Below are positions 26,814-36,772 of a stretch of DNA of 61,173 bases, one piece after another; within the stretch, counting starts at the first letter, position 1, and each line of letters opens with the position of its first letter. The stretch is from a virus. Its lineage: Duplodnaviria; Caudoviricetes. Location: IMG/VR virus record IMGVR_UViG_3300030372_004731, positions 1 through 61,173 of that record, one strand, 5' to 3'. The position numbers were made by a program, and so were the translations under genes. A model generated the notes under the pieces. It searched no databases, had not been told where the DNA came from, and worked only from the letters and a program-made list of their open reading frames with translations.

Positions 26814-29014
26814 TATCTTCTTCCTCCTACTTGTATATCCGCTCTAAAAGTACCGAATCGCCAAGTTTGTCCTGTTCCAGTATTAGCTATTTTAAAAGAT
26901 GCAGCTCTTCCTCTGGATCTACAGAACACTTGTTTAGTGCTTGTAGTAACTGTGAATGGACCTGTTATTAAAGGGCCACTGGCCGACGACGATCGTGTGT
27001 CCGAGGGAAAGTCTCTAAGAAAAATAGTTACTTGTGCATCTCCAGTTTGATTTTTAAAGTCAGGAATAAATCTAGAAATACGCATCATATATTCTCCGCT
27101 TCCATCTTTATCTATATCAAAATCTCCTGATTCTATTTGAGCTGGTATAGCAGTAGTAGTACCATCAGTTTTAACTTGATCGTTTCCTGTTTCGTGTTCG
27201 TAGTACGTTGTGGCTCCTGCGGATATTCCTGAAATACTTCCTTGTGTAGGAGTTTCTGAAGAATTATATGCAGTAGCATAAGGTTTTCCGTATACTCCTT
27301 GATCAACCCATGTTGTTCTTTTCATCAAACTACCATCATTGGTAGTCCATACTCCTCCTGGAATATTTTGTGAATCTCTTGTGTTATAAGTTACAGATCT
27401 ATCTACAGAAGTTTCACTATCGCTTGGATAGAACCAAGTTATTTCATTAAACTTATCATTAACTCCTGCATGAACAATTAATTCTGCATTATTGTTTATA
27501 TCTCCAAAAACGTAGTCTTCTACTAAACAAGGTAATTTTTTAACTGATGCACCATCAAAATAAAAGAAACTATCTTCAGACATCCAGTAAATAATACCAT
27601 CTACTTCAATAGCAGCATGCTGAGCAATTAATCCACAATTAGTACCTACTTGTTCAAATCCAAATGTAAAAGGAGCGCCAATAAATCTCATAGTAAACAT
27701 AGCTGTATCTGTCCAAATATAATTACCATTTCTTCCTCTTAAGGTTCCAATTATTTTTGATCCATCAGCTAGTCTTTGAGTACCTGCTGTGTTAGTTGCT
27801 GTAGGAGTATAATCATTAATGTCTTCTTGGTCAGAAAATCTAATAAACATATCATCTTGAGAAGAAGTTGTTCCTATAGTTGTTTCAGTTCCAAAAAAAC
27901 ATAAGTGTCTGTCAGGAGTAGATACTAACATATCCCGTGATGCTGTTGGTGCTCCTGAAATTAAAGTGGCTCGATTCGGGTTAGATAATGCTCCTGCAGC
28001 TGAAGGATCCCATTCTACAACTACACTGTTATAAATTAAAGCTATAAGTTTTTGACCATAATTAGTTAATTTCCATTGTCCAGGGTCAATAATTACTCCT
28101 GCAGCTGTTGCTGATCCCCAGCCTGTGTAGCTAGAAGCGTCTTGAACTGTAGATCCATCAGCATGAGTAACATCACTAGTTCCTCCTTGTCCTCTCGAAA
28201 TTCCTGAAATAGTATTGGTTGCCGTATTATTAGATGTGTAAGTAATTAATTCTGCAGTCGATCCGCTTCCAATTAATAAAGTTCCTGTAGCCGGCATAGA
28301 AGCTGATGATGCTAAAACAACTGTGCTTGCTCCCGAAGGAAAAGTTCCACTATTGTTGATAGTCGTAGTAGCTGTTGTTGTAGTTCCTCCCCATTGACCT
28401 GTAGACCATCCGTATCCAGGTAATTGAAAAGCTGGGCCTACTACATAATAAACTTCTAAAGTAGCTGTTCCTGTAGTACTAAAAGGAGTTCCTGTTTCAT
28501 TAGAAGGCATCTGAATAGTAAAAGTAGTGGTAGTAGGAGTTGTTTTTACTTCAAAAGTTTTTTCGAAATCAGAATCTACAAAAGAAGATGTTCCTGGAAT
28601 AGCACTAACACTAGAAAAAACTACTAAATCTCCTACACTTAAACCGTGACTTCCCGTACATGTAACGGTAACTACGTTAGAGGCTGAGCTAGTTGTAAAA
28701 CAATTAGTCATGCCTGTTTGTTTTAAAGAATCATTTAAAGGATGAATATCATAAAAACTTCCTTCATAATAAATATATAAAATTTTATCTGTACCTACGG
28801 CTGCATATCTATTACCTGATAAATCAAACCAAGTATGTTGATCTCTGGCTACTCCAACTAAAGAATCAGCTCCTAATTGAGCCCATCCTCCTACTTTTTC
28901 TGGTAAACCATATCTAAAACGAACGTATTGGCCACCGGTCCATCGTCCCTCAGCACCGGTCTCCGTTACTTGTTTATCAAATCCAGGAATTAATTGTACT
29001 TTTGCTAATGCCAT
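26813..29014 (-). CDS. Tail nozzle / packaged-DNA stabilisation protein (P22 gp10-like)
   Basis: VRFRYGLPEKVGGW, IRFSDQE, GTNCGLI, C-terminal WRFG..R.D....GRR. Confidence 0.75.
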   Translation of the reverse strand: MALAKVQLIPGFDKQVTETGAEGRWTGGQYVRFRYGLPEKVGGWAQLGADSLVGVARDQHTWFDLSGNRYAAVGTDKILYIYYEGSFYDIHPLNDSLKQTGMTNCFTTSSASNVVTVTCTGSHGLSVGDLVVFSSVSAIPGTSSFVDSDFEKTFEVKTTPTTTTFTIQMPSNETGTPFSTTGTATLEVYYVVGPAFQLPGYGWSTGQWGGTTTTATTTINNSGTFPSGASTVVLASSASMPATGTLLIGSGSTAELITYTSNNTATNTISGISRGQGGTSDVTHADGSTVQDASSYTGWGSATAAGVIIDPGQWKLTNYGQKLIALIYNSVVVEWDPSAAGALSNPNRATLISGAPTASRDMLVSTPDRHLCFFGTETTIGTTSSQDDMFIRFSDQEDINDYTPTATNTAGTQRLADGSKIIGTLRGRNGNYIWTDTAMFTMRFIGAPFTFGFEQVGTNCGLIAQHAAIEVDGIIYWMSEDSFFYFDGASVKKLPCLVEDYVFGDINNNAELIVHAGVNDKFNEITWFYPSDSETSVDRSVTYNTRDSQNIPGGVWTTNDGSLMKRTTWVDQGVYGKPYATAYNSSETPTQGSISGISAGATTYYEHETGNDQVKTDGTTTAIPAQIESGDFDIDKDGSGEYMMRISRFIPDFKNQTGDAQVTIFLRDFPSDTRSSSASGPLITGPFTVTTSTKQVFCRSRGRAASFKIANTGTGQTWRFGTFRADIQVGGRR

Positions 29015-29028
29015 AATAATGATTATAA

Positions 29029-29670
29029 CTATTTTACAAAGTGAGGTAAACCCAACATACGCCTTCCATCAAATTTATTTTTTTCAGCAAATGGGCCATT
29101 TACATGATTATAATGTAAAAATACTTGACCACAAATCTCTCCTTCAAGGGGCTCTCGCCAATGTTCTAAATCACAACCACTATACACTAGCATATCTCCT
29201 ACTTCAAGTACGACCTTAGTACCTTGAGGGGCTCCGGGTTTAATTATATTTTTATATTCATTAATAACATTATCAGCTCCTGTTCCATCGATAAATATAG
29301 GCCACTGATGTCCTCCTAAATGAATAGTGGTAGATATTTCACAACTAGGTCTATCTTTGTGTCTTTTTAATATATCTCCTTTTTTATATACTCTAGCATA
29401 TGAATAAGTGGGTATTAAATCTAAACCTGTTTCTTTTTTCATTATAGGTAGCATTTTAACAAGTAATGTTTCCATTACCATATCTGAATAATGTGAATAG
29501 GTATTAGGAACCTGTTTATCGCTCCATGTTCCTAACATACCATTATCGTAAGTAATGTTATTGTCGTACATAAATTTAACTGCATCTCTTTTTAAGAGAA
29601 AATAATTAAATGCAAAATTAGCTAATTCATAACTAATGGCTTTTTTTATTACTTGATATTTATTGAACAT
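29029..29670 (-). CDS. 2OG-Fe(II) oxygenase (likely start MFNKYQ)
   Basis: PTYSYARVY, HKD...HWR facial triad. Confidence 0.85.
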   Translation of the reverse strand: MFNKYQVIKKAISYELANFAFNYFLLKRDAVKFMYDNNITYDNGMLGTWSDKQVPNTYSHYSDMVMETLLVKMLPIMKKETGLDLIPTYSYARVYKKGDILKRHKDRPSCEISTTIHLGGHQWPIFIDGTGADNVINEYKNIIKPGAPQGTKVVLEVGDMLVYSGCDLEHWREPLEGEICGQVFLHYNHVNGPFAEKNKFDGRRMLGLPHFVK

Positions 29671-30244
29671 TAAATCCTTGTTGAATAAAATTAAACGATA
29701 AAGAAATTCTAGGATCATTAGTTTTATTAACGCCTACTCTATGCCACACCCACGCAGGAAACATAATAATCCGACCTTCAATAGGCTCTAGAAAAATATC
29801 TCGCCAAAATTCTTTAGGAATATCTTTATTACTTCTTATAGGAAGGGCTGATTGTGCTCCTGCTCTTGGGTCAGTTAAAACAAGTTTTCCAGATTCTGTT
29901 GGAGCTTTAACATAATATACTCCACTAAATAAACAATTAGGATGTAAATGAAATTCATTGTAACAATTAGGGTAATTTATATTAGCCCATATATTTCCTA
30001 AAATAGGTTCTCTTTCTATATATTCTTCTTTATATATTTCTCGTTGCATTAAATGTAATTCATCAACCAAAGGTATTAAACTAGGATGTTTATCTAAATC
30101 CTTAGAGTGCCATCCTCCTACATTAGTTTTTTGTACTCCTTTATCTTGATTGGCTAAAGTCATTAAATAATTAGCTAATTCTTCATTATTAATTTTTATG
30201 TCTTTAGCATATACAAATGTTGGAAAAAATTGTTCTTTAATCAT
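29660..30244 (-). CDS. Putative 2OG-Fe(II) oxygenase (TIGR02466-like)
   Basis: WANIN...HLHP...SGVYYV...DPR...FP.W..H.V...RISLSFN. Confidence 0.85.
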   Translation of the reverse strand: MIKEQFFPTFVYAKDIKINNEELANYLMTLANQDKGVQKTNVGGWHSKDLDKHPSLIPLVDELHLMQREIYKEEYIEREPILGNIWANINYPNCYNEFHLHPNCLFSGVYYVKAPTESGKLVLTDPRAGAQSALPIRSNKDIPKEFWRDIFLEPIEGRIIMFPAWVWHRVGVNKTNDPRISLSFNFIQQGFNVQ

Positions 30245-30831
30245 TTAAAAGGTGTTCCTCCAAACCATACAACAAGAGATTGTCTCATACCTCTTGTAAC
30301 AGGATTAACTCTATGATTTAAAAAAGACGCAAAACATAAAGCATGACCTTGTTTAAGCGGTTTAAATTTACCAGGTGCTAATACTTCTAAATGTCCTCCC
30401 TCAAATTCAGATGGATGATTCAATAATACGGTCATAGATATTTTTCTTACAGGAGGTTCTTTTTCCATATTAACATCACTATCCATATGCCAATCATAAA
30501 ATCCTCCTGGTGGATATTCAGTAAATTGAGCTTGTTCTGTAATTCTAATATCTTCAAATCCAAAATGATTTCGATTAGCTTTTTGAATAAAAGTATCTAA
30601 AGCTTGGTACATTTCTGGTAAAACGTTAAAAGGAATCCAACTAATCTTAGTAACTCTTTTGTTAGTGTCTACGGCTCCGCCAGTTGTTTGACCTACTTGT
30701 GCTTCTTGAGGAGGTCTACTTCTACCACATTCAATAATTTTTCTACATTGTTCAGGTGTAAAAAGTTCATTAGAGGTTTCTATTATCCAGCTTTTCCATT
30801 TAGGTTCTGTAACTGCTTTATTGTCGTACAT
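30241..30831 (-). CDS. PKHD/prolyl-4-hydroxylase-like 2OG-Fe(II) oxygenase
   Basis: Q.T.Y...YDWHMD, RKISMT.LL...FEGG.L, H.V.PVT.G.R.SLV.W. Confidence 0.9.
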   Translation of the reverse strand: MYDNKAVTEPKWKSWIIETSNELFTPEQCRKIIECGRSRPPQEAQVGQTTGGAVDTNKRVTKISWIPFNVLPEMYQALDTFIQKANRNHFGFEDIRITEQAQFTEYPPGGFYDWHMDSDVNMEKEPPVRKISMTVLLNHPSEFEGGHLEVLAPGKFKPLKQGHALCFASFLNHRVNPVTRGMRQSLVVWFGGTPFK

Positions 30832-31471
30832 AATGTGCTCCTCTATTTTCTATAGGATTATGTTTAACATCAAAATTTGCAGCTAATGTTCTTCTCGTTT
30901 CGGGACCATTAAAAGGATTAACACAATGTCTTACATCATAAGGAAAAATAAAAAAATCTCCTACTTCAACATCAGGAGAAAAATCTATTTTTGCAAAATG
31001 ACCAGAAGAAGAACCTAAAATAGATAATCTTCCGTTAGCAGGTTCTTCAGAAGAAGAGTACTCTGTTCCATAAGACTTGGGTAATTTTAAAATCATAACA
31101 CTTGAAAGACCTGTGTACCATGATCCTTGATGTACGTGAAGGGGATTATATTCGTGTTCTTTCATTTCATTTATCCATACTGAAATTAATTTACCTTCGT
31201 ATCTTTTAATATTGTTGAATGCTAAGTAATGTTTAAAATGATTATGAAACCACATTATAATATCCGTAGGTAAATTAATATGTTTTTTCATTTTTTCTTC
31301 TCCATCTCCTTGATAATATAAACTATGTTCTTTTGCAATTTTACCGGCTAATGCTTTGTTAGCACGCGGTAAGTCAGTTGTTTCATAAATTTTATTTAAA
31401 GAATTATATACATATAAAGGAACACGATATTTTAATACTGATTGACCTAAAAATACAAAATTAAATTTCAT
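30818..31471 (-). CDS. Putative 2OG-Fe(II) oxygenase
   Basis: WINEM...YNPLHVH, FP..VRH.V.PF...RRT.AAN. Confidence 0.82.
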   Translation of the reverse strand: MKFNFVFLGQSVLKYRVPLYVYNSLNKIYETTDLPRANKALAGKIAKEHSLYYQGDGEEKMKKHINLPTDIIMWFHNHFKHYLAFNNIKRYEGKLISVWINEMKEHEYNPLHVHQGSWYTGLSSVMILKLPKSYGTEYSSSEEPANGRLSILGSSSGHFAKIDFSPDVEVGDFFIFPYDVRHCVNPFNGPETRRTLAANFDVKHNPIENRGAHYVRQ

Positions 31472-31775
31472 CTATATTTATTTCTTTATAAGTTTTTGCT
31501 GCTTCTGTTATAGTAAGAACTTCTTCATTTGGCAATATTTTTATTGGAAACTCTTTAAATCCTAAATCTAATCCTATTAAATATCTATTGTTTCCATAAA
31601 TAATTTTATATTTTTCATTTTCTTTAACAACTAATAAGGGATTTATAATATAGCCCGTTTTTTCAATATGACGTTTAATCTTTTGATATAAAGGAGTGCT
31701 TTTGTGATTACTTGGATTTTGCTCCAATGCTTGATTGCGAAGAAATAGCTTCTCTTTTTTTATTTTCAAGTGCAT
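31461..31775 (-). CDS. Stand-alone ParB-N/sulfiredoxin-fold protein
   Basis: I...G.INPLLV...Y.II.GNNR...LG; no HTH domain. Confidence 0.65.
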   Translation of the reverse strand: MHLKIKKEKLFLRNQALEQNPSNHKSTPLYQKIKRHIEKTGYIINPLLVVKENEKYKIIYGNNRYLIGLDLGFKEFPIKILPNEEVLTITEAAKTYKEINIDEI

Positions 31776-32397
31776 TTTTTTGTGTTTTTAATTTTTCTAT
31801 TCCATCTAATTGACCCATTACATTAAAGACTTCGGGTTGAGTAGAAGCTTGAGTTAAAGTATTTTTTCTATTAAGCATTATTTGATGATAAGATTCAATT
31901 TGATGAGCATTAACATCATCCTTATCAAAAGATCCATCGTCTACTTCTTTTTTTATTTTAGACCATAATTGTATTTCTCTCATACGGTCTTTAGCAGTTA
32001 ATTCCATAGCTGCTTTATTAAAATTCTTTTCGTCAATATCTATTTGAATTAATTCTTTTTCTAAAGGATCTTTTTCTTTTTTTATTTTTTGCTTAAGTTG
32101 TCTAAGTTTTACATCTTCTTTTCTATAGTCAAAAGATAAATTCATTAAATTTTCTAAATAAACATTTTGTTCTCTAACACATTGCCAATATTTAGCAGCT
32201 TTAGTAGGGTATTTAAAATCATTTAAAACTGAAAACCTCATTTCAGTTTCAGTTCTAAAAATTTGTTTCTTAGTCCAAGTGTCTCTAAGCTCTTGTGTTA
32301 ATTCTTTAAAAGCACTAACATCTTTAGGGTCTAAAAGATTATTTAAACTAGGTACTTCTTTTTCTATAAGAGGATGAATATTTCGTTTGAGTGACAT
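31708..32397 (-). CDS. Conserved coiled-coil protein associated with tail-fiber clusters
   Basis: FRTETEMRFSVL.D..YPT.AAKYWQCVREQ. Confidence 0.7.
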   Translation of the reverse strand: MSLKRNIHPLIEKEVPSLNNLLDPKDVSAFKELTQELRDTWTKKQIFRTETEMRFSVLNDFKYPTKAAKYWQCVREQNVYLENLMNLSFDYRKEDVKLRQLKQKIKKEKDPLEKELIQIDIDEKNFNKAAMELTAKDRMREIQLWSKIKKEVDDGSFDKDDVNAHQIESYHQIMLNRKNTLTQASTQPEVFNVMGQLDGIEKLKTQKNALENKKREAISSQSSIGAKSK

Positions 32398-32406
32398 ATA
32401 GCCATT

Positions 32407-32435
32407 TAAAATATATGTTAAATGTAAAATGTCAA
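32407..32435 (-). promoter_or_regulatory. Sigma70-like promoter for the oxygenase operon
   Basis: TTGACA followed by an AT-rich -10 region upstream of ATG 32397. Confidence 0.5.
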
Positions 32436-32438
32436 GAA

Positions 32439-33416
32439 TTAAGAAGCAGTAAAAGTAAGGGTTCTATTGCCTGGTCCAGTATATTCTTCTACAGTAGTAT
32501 TATGATCCACTCCTCCAATACATAATGTACCTGTATAAGTTCCAAGAGTATTATTCATTTCTCCTCTTGCAGTGTTCATACCATTTGGATTAGCTGACCA
32601 ACAAGTTCCATCCCATAATTCTGTTGCAGAAATTTTAGTTGGGGGACCTCCTCCATAAGCTATACATTGAGTTTGAGTTCCAGAACCCGAAGCAGCATTT
32701 CGAGCTGTGTTTAAAGGATTTACTGTTGTCCAGGCTCCTCCCGAATAAGTTTCGGTAGCTCCGGTAGGTCCTGGAGGTCCTAAAACTCCTCCAAAAACTA
32801 TAGCTTGACCTTGAGTTCCAGCTGCTGCAGCATTGTATCTAGATGTATTTAAATCGTTAGGGCTATTACTCCAACAAGTTCCATCCCATAACTCTACGTA
32901 GTTAGTAGGTCCTGGTCCAGATCCATCAAATCTTGATGCTAGTAAACCTGCAGTTTGAATTCCTAATGCAACTCCTGCATATCCATATTGAGTCATTGGG
33001 TTTACACTTGTCCATGCAGTTCCGCTCCATGAACTAGTAGAATTTGCACCCACGGGACCACCATCTCCAGCAGCAATTGCTCCTGAATAAAGTCCAAAGC
33101 CACTGGCGTAGTCAGCATCTTGTGAAACATCTGGTTTTGCAGTCCACGAAGTTCCATCATAATATTCGGTTTTTCTATAAGCTGGTGATTGTGATGATCC
33201 AAAAGCTAAAGCGGAGGTACTTATTCCAGCTGCACCTCCAGATTGATACGTATTACTAGTACTTGGAACTGTCGCCCAAGTCCCTGCAGGACTGTATCCA
33301 TATCCTTTGAGTTTACTAGTTGTGGTATTATACCAAACTTCTCCTACAAGTGGATTACTAGGATCCGCAGATACTATTGGTATATTGTTTCCGTGTATGT
33401 CTATATAAGTTGCCAT
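32439..33416 (-). CDS. Kelch-like beta-propeller tail/receptor-binding protein (paralog 1)
   Basis: DP.NP..GEVWYNTT anchor; repeats E.(W/Y)DGT.W...LNT.R...G.GTQ...FGG. Confidence 0.75.
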   Translation of the reverse strand: MATYIDIHGNNIPIVSADPSNPLVGEVWYNTTTSKLKGYGYSPAGTWATVPSTSNTYQSGGAAGISTSALAFGSSQSPAYRKTEYYDGTSWTAKPDVSQDADYASGFGLYSGAIAAGDGGPVGANSTSSWSGTAWTSVNPMTQYGYAGVALGIQTAGLLASRFDGSGPGPTNYVELWDGTCWSNSPNDLNTSRYNAAAAGTQGQAIVFGGVLGPPGPTGATETYSGGAWTTVNPLNTARNAASGSGTQTQCIAYGGGPPTKISATELWDGTCWSANPNGMNTARGEMNNTLGTYTGTLCIGGVDHNTTVEEYTGPGNRTLTFTAS

Positions 33417-33422
33417 AATTTT

Positions 33423-34457
33423 TTAAGTTACTGTTATTGTTTGTGTTCCCTCGTAAGCTCCTGTCCATTCTGCTGTTGGGTTAAGTGTTGTAGGAGGAAC
33501 TCCTTCTGTATCTCCACCAAAAACCATACCTTGACTGTATCCTCCAAATCCAGAAACATAAGTTCTAGCAAACGGAACAGCTGTTTGAGTAGTCCAACCT
33601 GTTCCATCGTAGGTTTCTGTAGAATTAGAAAAACTTCCAGGTGTTCCAGTATGTCCACATGCTTTTAAAGTGTCTGCTACCGCTGTTCCTGTAACTAAAT
33701 GTCCTCTAACCGCTGTGCTACAAGAAGGCGTGCTTGTCCATGAACTACCATTGTATTCTTCTGAAGCATTGGTCGGACTGAATGGAGGTCCTGCTCCTGC
33801 ATTTCCAGCCGCAACTATTCCAGAACTTACTCCTGTACCTGATCCCCATCGAGTACCACCACTAGAATATCTAGCTGTGTTCAATGTATGACCGGTGCTT
33901 GTAAAAGCTGTTCCATTCCAGGTATTAGTATAACCAGCGGTTGGTGTTGTGTTTGCTGCAGAGCCAAAAATTCCATCGGAATTAGTTGGTCCCCATGAAA
34001 ATAAATCTGAGTAAGGAGGTCCGTTAGGATTTGTAGCTGGATTTGATGTCCACGATGAACCATCATAATTGAAACTAACATTACCATAACTTCCACCAGT
34101 CATAAAAGCAGCCGTTTGAGTTCCAATCATTTGACCTTGCTGACCAGCGCTTGGTAAAGTACCTCCTGCTGTCCAACTTGAACCATCATAATGATAAGAT
34201 CCGTCAATAGAAGGACTATAACCACCAGCAGATAAACCTGCAGTTAATGTTCCGGTTCCAGCAGCATAAGATAAATAACGACCTGGTCCACCTTGAGGAT
34301 GAGGTCCTCCAGAAGCCCAACTATTAGATGTAATCACACTTCTAACTTTAGCTGTATCTGTGGTAGAGTTATACCACACCTGTCCTTCAGTCACGGGACT
34401 AGGATCAGATGAAAGGTATTTTACCTTTTGTCCATGTATTTCGTAATATGTTGCCAC
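33423..34457 (-). CDS. Kelch-like beta-propeller tail/receptor-binding protein (paralog 2)
   Basis: Same GQVWYNST anchor and YDGSSWT repeats. Confidence 0.75.
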   Translation of the reverse strand: MATYYEIHGQKVKYLSSDPSPVTEGQVWYNSTTDTAKVRSVITSNSWASGGPHPQGGPGRYLSYAAGTGTLTAGLSAGGYSPSIDGSYHYDGSSWTAGGTLPSAGQQGQMIGTQTAAFMTGGSYGNVSFNYDGSSWTSNPATNPNGPPYSDLFSWGPTNSDGIFGSAANTTPTAGYTNTWNGTAFTSTGHTLNTARYSSGGTRWGSGTGVSSGIVAAGNAGAGPPFSPTNASEEYNGSSWTSTPSCSTAVRGHLVTGTAVADTLKACGHTGTPGSFSNSTETYDGTGWTTQTAVPFARTYVSGFGGYSQGMVFGGDTEGVPPTTLNPTAEWTGAYEGTQTITVT

Positions 34458-34463
34458 TTATAT

Positions 34464-34778
34464 TTACTCCGTTAATGTTATAGCTTCTGCTCTGCTTACA
34501 TGTGCGGGATGACCTTCTTGTTTTCTTGGGTCATCAGCTGGTAATGCATCGTATTCAGCTTGTAGTCTAGCTGTTTCTGCATCAACAAGAGCTTGTGCTT
34601 CTGCTAATGTTTTTCTTTCGCCAGCTACTCCACTAATCCATCTATTAGCATCTTGATTGTTAGCAGGAACTTTCCATAAATTAACTCCAAAAGATTCAAA
34701 AGTAATTTTTTCTGCATCTTTGTGAGTAATAAATCCTTTTCCCCAATTTTCTGCTACACAGTATTGATAATTTGCCAT
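34464..34778 (-). CDS. Tail-fiber-associated small protein
   Basis: Lies between the paralogs; GGAGG RBS. Confidence 0.7.
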   Translation of the reverse strand: MANYQYCVAENWGKGFITHKDAEKITFESFGVNLWKVPANNQDANRWISGVAGERKTLAEAQALVDAETARLQAEYDALPADDPRKQEGHPAHVSRAEAITLTE

Positions 34779-34787
34779 ATTTCCTCC

Positions 34788-35759
34788 TTAACTTGTAGTT
34801 ATTGTTTTATTAATAAAACCCGGTCCTGTCCACTCTTCAGTGGCATTGGTAGCTCCTGTAGGGGTAGCTGGATTTCCACCTCCTATCATTAAACTTGTAG
34901 CTCCATCCATCGTACCTGCACCATGAAGATTTCCTCTTCCTTCGTTCAAATTTCCACCAGTAGTCCAACCTGATCCATCCCACATATTAGTAACGGCTTT
35001 ACCTACAGGACTAGGACCACCTCCAAAAGAAATAGCGTTAGGAACTGTTCCGCCCCCACCACCATAGTTGTGTTCACCTGGACAGGCTGTGCCGTCTGAC
35101 CATGTTGAACCGTCATAAAGTTTAAAAGCTGTTTCACTATTTACATTTGCTTGTAGCCAAGCACCAGAAGGAGTTCCTCCTCCACTAGTTCCTTGAGCCC
35201 AACTTGGAATTGCTGCTCCTGCAGTCCAAGACGTACCATCCCAATCGCTACCAGTAGCTTGTGCTGGTGGAGGTTCTCCGCCTCCAGCTAATGCTGCTGT
35301 CTGTGCTGTAGGTCCTCCTGCAGACCCATGTCCAGTTCTATTTAAATTCATGGCTGGTTGTGCAGTCCAAGAAGTTCCGTCATAAAATTTATTTTCATAA
35401 GCTGGACCACCACCTATTGAAAAACCAGCAGTTTGAGTTCCTTCAGATTGTAAACCTTGAACAGAAGTTGGAAAAGCTGTAGATGATGTATAATTAGTTC
35501 CGTCATAATGAACAGCAGTAGTTAAAACAGAAGGCGGATTGTATCCACCATAAATTACGGATGCAGTTTGAGTTCCAAAACCACCACTATCTCTTGCAGT
35601 GTAAGGCATAACATTTCCTGTTGCCCAAGTTCCTGAAGAATATGTTCTTAGCTTAAAAGCGTTTCCAGAAGTATCATACCAAATTTGACCTTCAATAGTA
35701 CCCGCCGTTCCCGCTATGGTTTCAACGGATGCACCTTGAATCTCTCTATATTCAGACAT
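34788..35759 (-). CDS. Kelch-like beta-propeller tail/receptor-binding protein (paralog 3)
   Basis: GQIWYD anchor, YDGT.WT repeats. Confidence 0.75.
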   Translation of the reverse strand: MSEYREIQGASVETIAGTAGTIEGQIWYDTSGNAFKLRTYSSGTWATGNVMPYTARDSGGFGTQTASVIYGGYNPPSVLTTAVHYDGTNYTSSTAFPTSVQGLQSEGTQTAGFSIGGGPAYENKFYDGTSWTAQPAMNLNRTGHGSAGGPTAQTAALAGGGEPPPAQATGSDWDGTSWTAGAAIPSWAQGTSGGGTPSGAWLQANVNSETAFKLYDGSTWSDGTACPGEHNYGGGGGTVPNAISFGGGPSPVGKAVTNMWDGSGWTTGGNLNEGRGNLHGAGTMDGATSLMIGGGNPATPTGATNATEEWTGPGFINKTITTS

Positions 35760-36772
35760 TATTTATTCTGCAACAACCATCCTTGAGTGTCGTCTACAAA
35801 TACTAACGTGTTCGCTGCTCTTTCTGTAGACACAGTCAAATCTGATGCTGCCCCCTGTATATTTTTACCATTTCTGGCAATAGTTAAATTATTAGTATCA
35901 AAGGTTCCAGCATAATCTATGAAAGAAACAAAGTCTCCTATAGTTGGGGAGGCTGGGAGAGTTAAACTAAAAGCTCCTCCAGTTGTGTTACAAAAATATC
36001 CATAACCTGCTACTGCTGGTCCTGGATCTGCTGCAATTACTGCTTGCCATGAAGCTCCTCCAGTTACTTCCGCCCAAGATAAAGTTCCTGAACCGTTGTT
36101 TGAAAGAACTTGTCCTGATGCTGTTGCTTGTGCACCTGGCCATGTAATATCATAAGATGTTGTAGTACCGGCTGCTTTTAATCCAATATATTGTCCACCT
36201 GTTGTATCTGAAAGTCTTAACGATTTTGCTGAACCAATTACTAATCCGTTTGTAGAATCCCAAGTAAGATTTGAATCTGCACCGAAAGCTCCTGAATTAT
36301 TGTATTGAACTTCTGTATTTGAACCTGCAGGATCAGTAGATAAAGCTACTTCTTCAATATTAGGATTAGTTCCATCATCTGCTTTTGCAGAAATAATTTT
36401 CCAACCTTTGTCAGTTGTTGCCCAAGTAACACTTGTACCCGAACCGCTTTCATATTGAAATTCAACTGTATAAGATCCAGTAGTTCCATTTTGTACAAAG
36501 TAAAAAGTTTGAGCATCTAATGGTAACGATACTGTAATATTTCCTGTAATTGTTCCTGATAATTTAATAACTCTATGTGCTAGGGTAGCACCGGTAGATC
36601 CATCTGAAACTGGTAAAGGTGTATCACCTGTTCCATTAACTGTTTGTGATACGTAACCACCTGATATTTGTTCTATGATGTCCCAATTTGTATTTGTTTT
36701 ATCTCCCCAAAGACCGGCTTGTTCGCCAGTCACCATTTTTTCAATTCCTAAAGATGTATAACTTGATGGCAT
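35759..36772 (-). CDS. Tail fiber protein
   Basis: TGEQAG.WG..TN.N N-terminal anchor; QYNNSGAFG; C-terminal TLPASP..GD.V...D...F..NNLTI.RNG..I. Confidence 0.8.
   Translation of the reverse strand: MPSSYTSLGIEKMVTGEQAGLWGDKTNTNWDIIEQISGGYVSQTVNGTGDTPLPVSDGSTGATLAHRVIKLSGTITGNITVSLPLDAQTFYFVQNGTTGSYTVEFQYESGSGTSVTWATTDKGWKIISAKADDGTNPNIEEVALSTDPAGSNTEVQYNNSGAFGADSNLTWDSTNGLVIGSAKSLRLSDTTGGQYIGLKAAGTTTSYDITWPGAQATASGQVLSNNGSGTLSWAEVTGGASWQAVIAADPGPAVAGYGYFCNTTGGAFSLTLPASPTIGDFVSFIDYAGTFDTNNLTIARNGKNIQGAASDLTVSTERAANTLVFVDDTQGWLLQNK

Noticed and set aside
31461-31775. Phage-encoded ParABS partition system
   Set aside because: The ParB-like ORF lacks the HTH and dimerisation domains, lies 29 kb from parS, and no ParA was found
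32439-35759. Diversity-generating retroelement acting on the tail paralogs
   Set aside because: No reverse transcriptase and no TR/VR pair differing at adenines was seen
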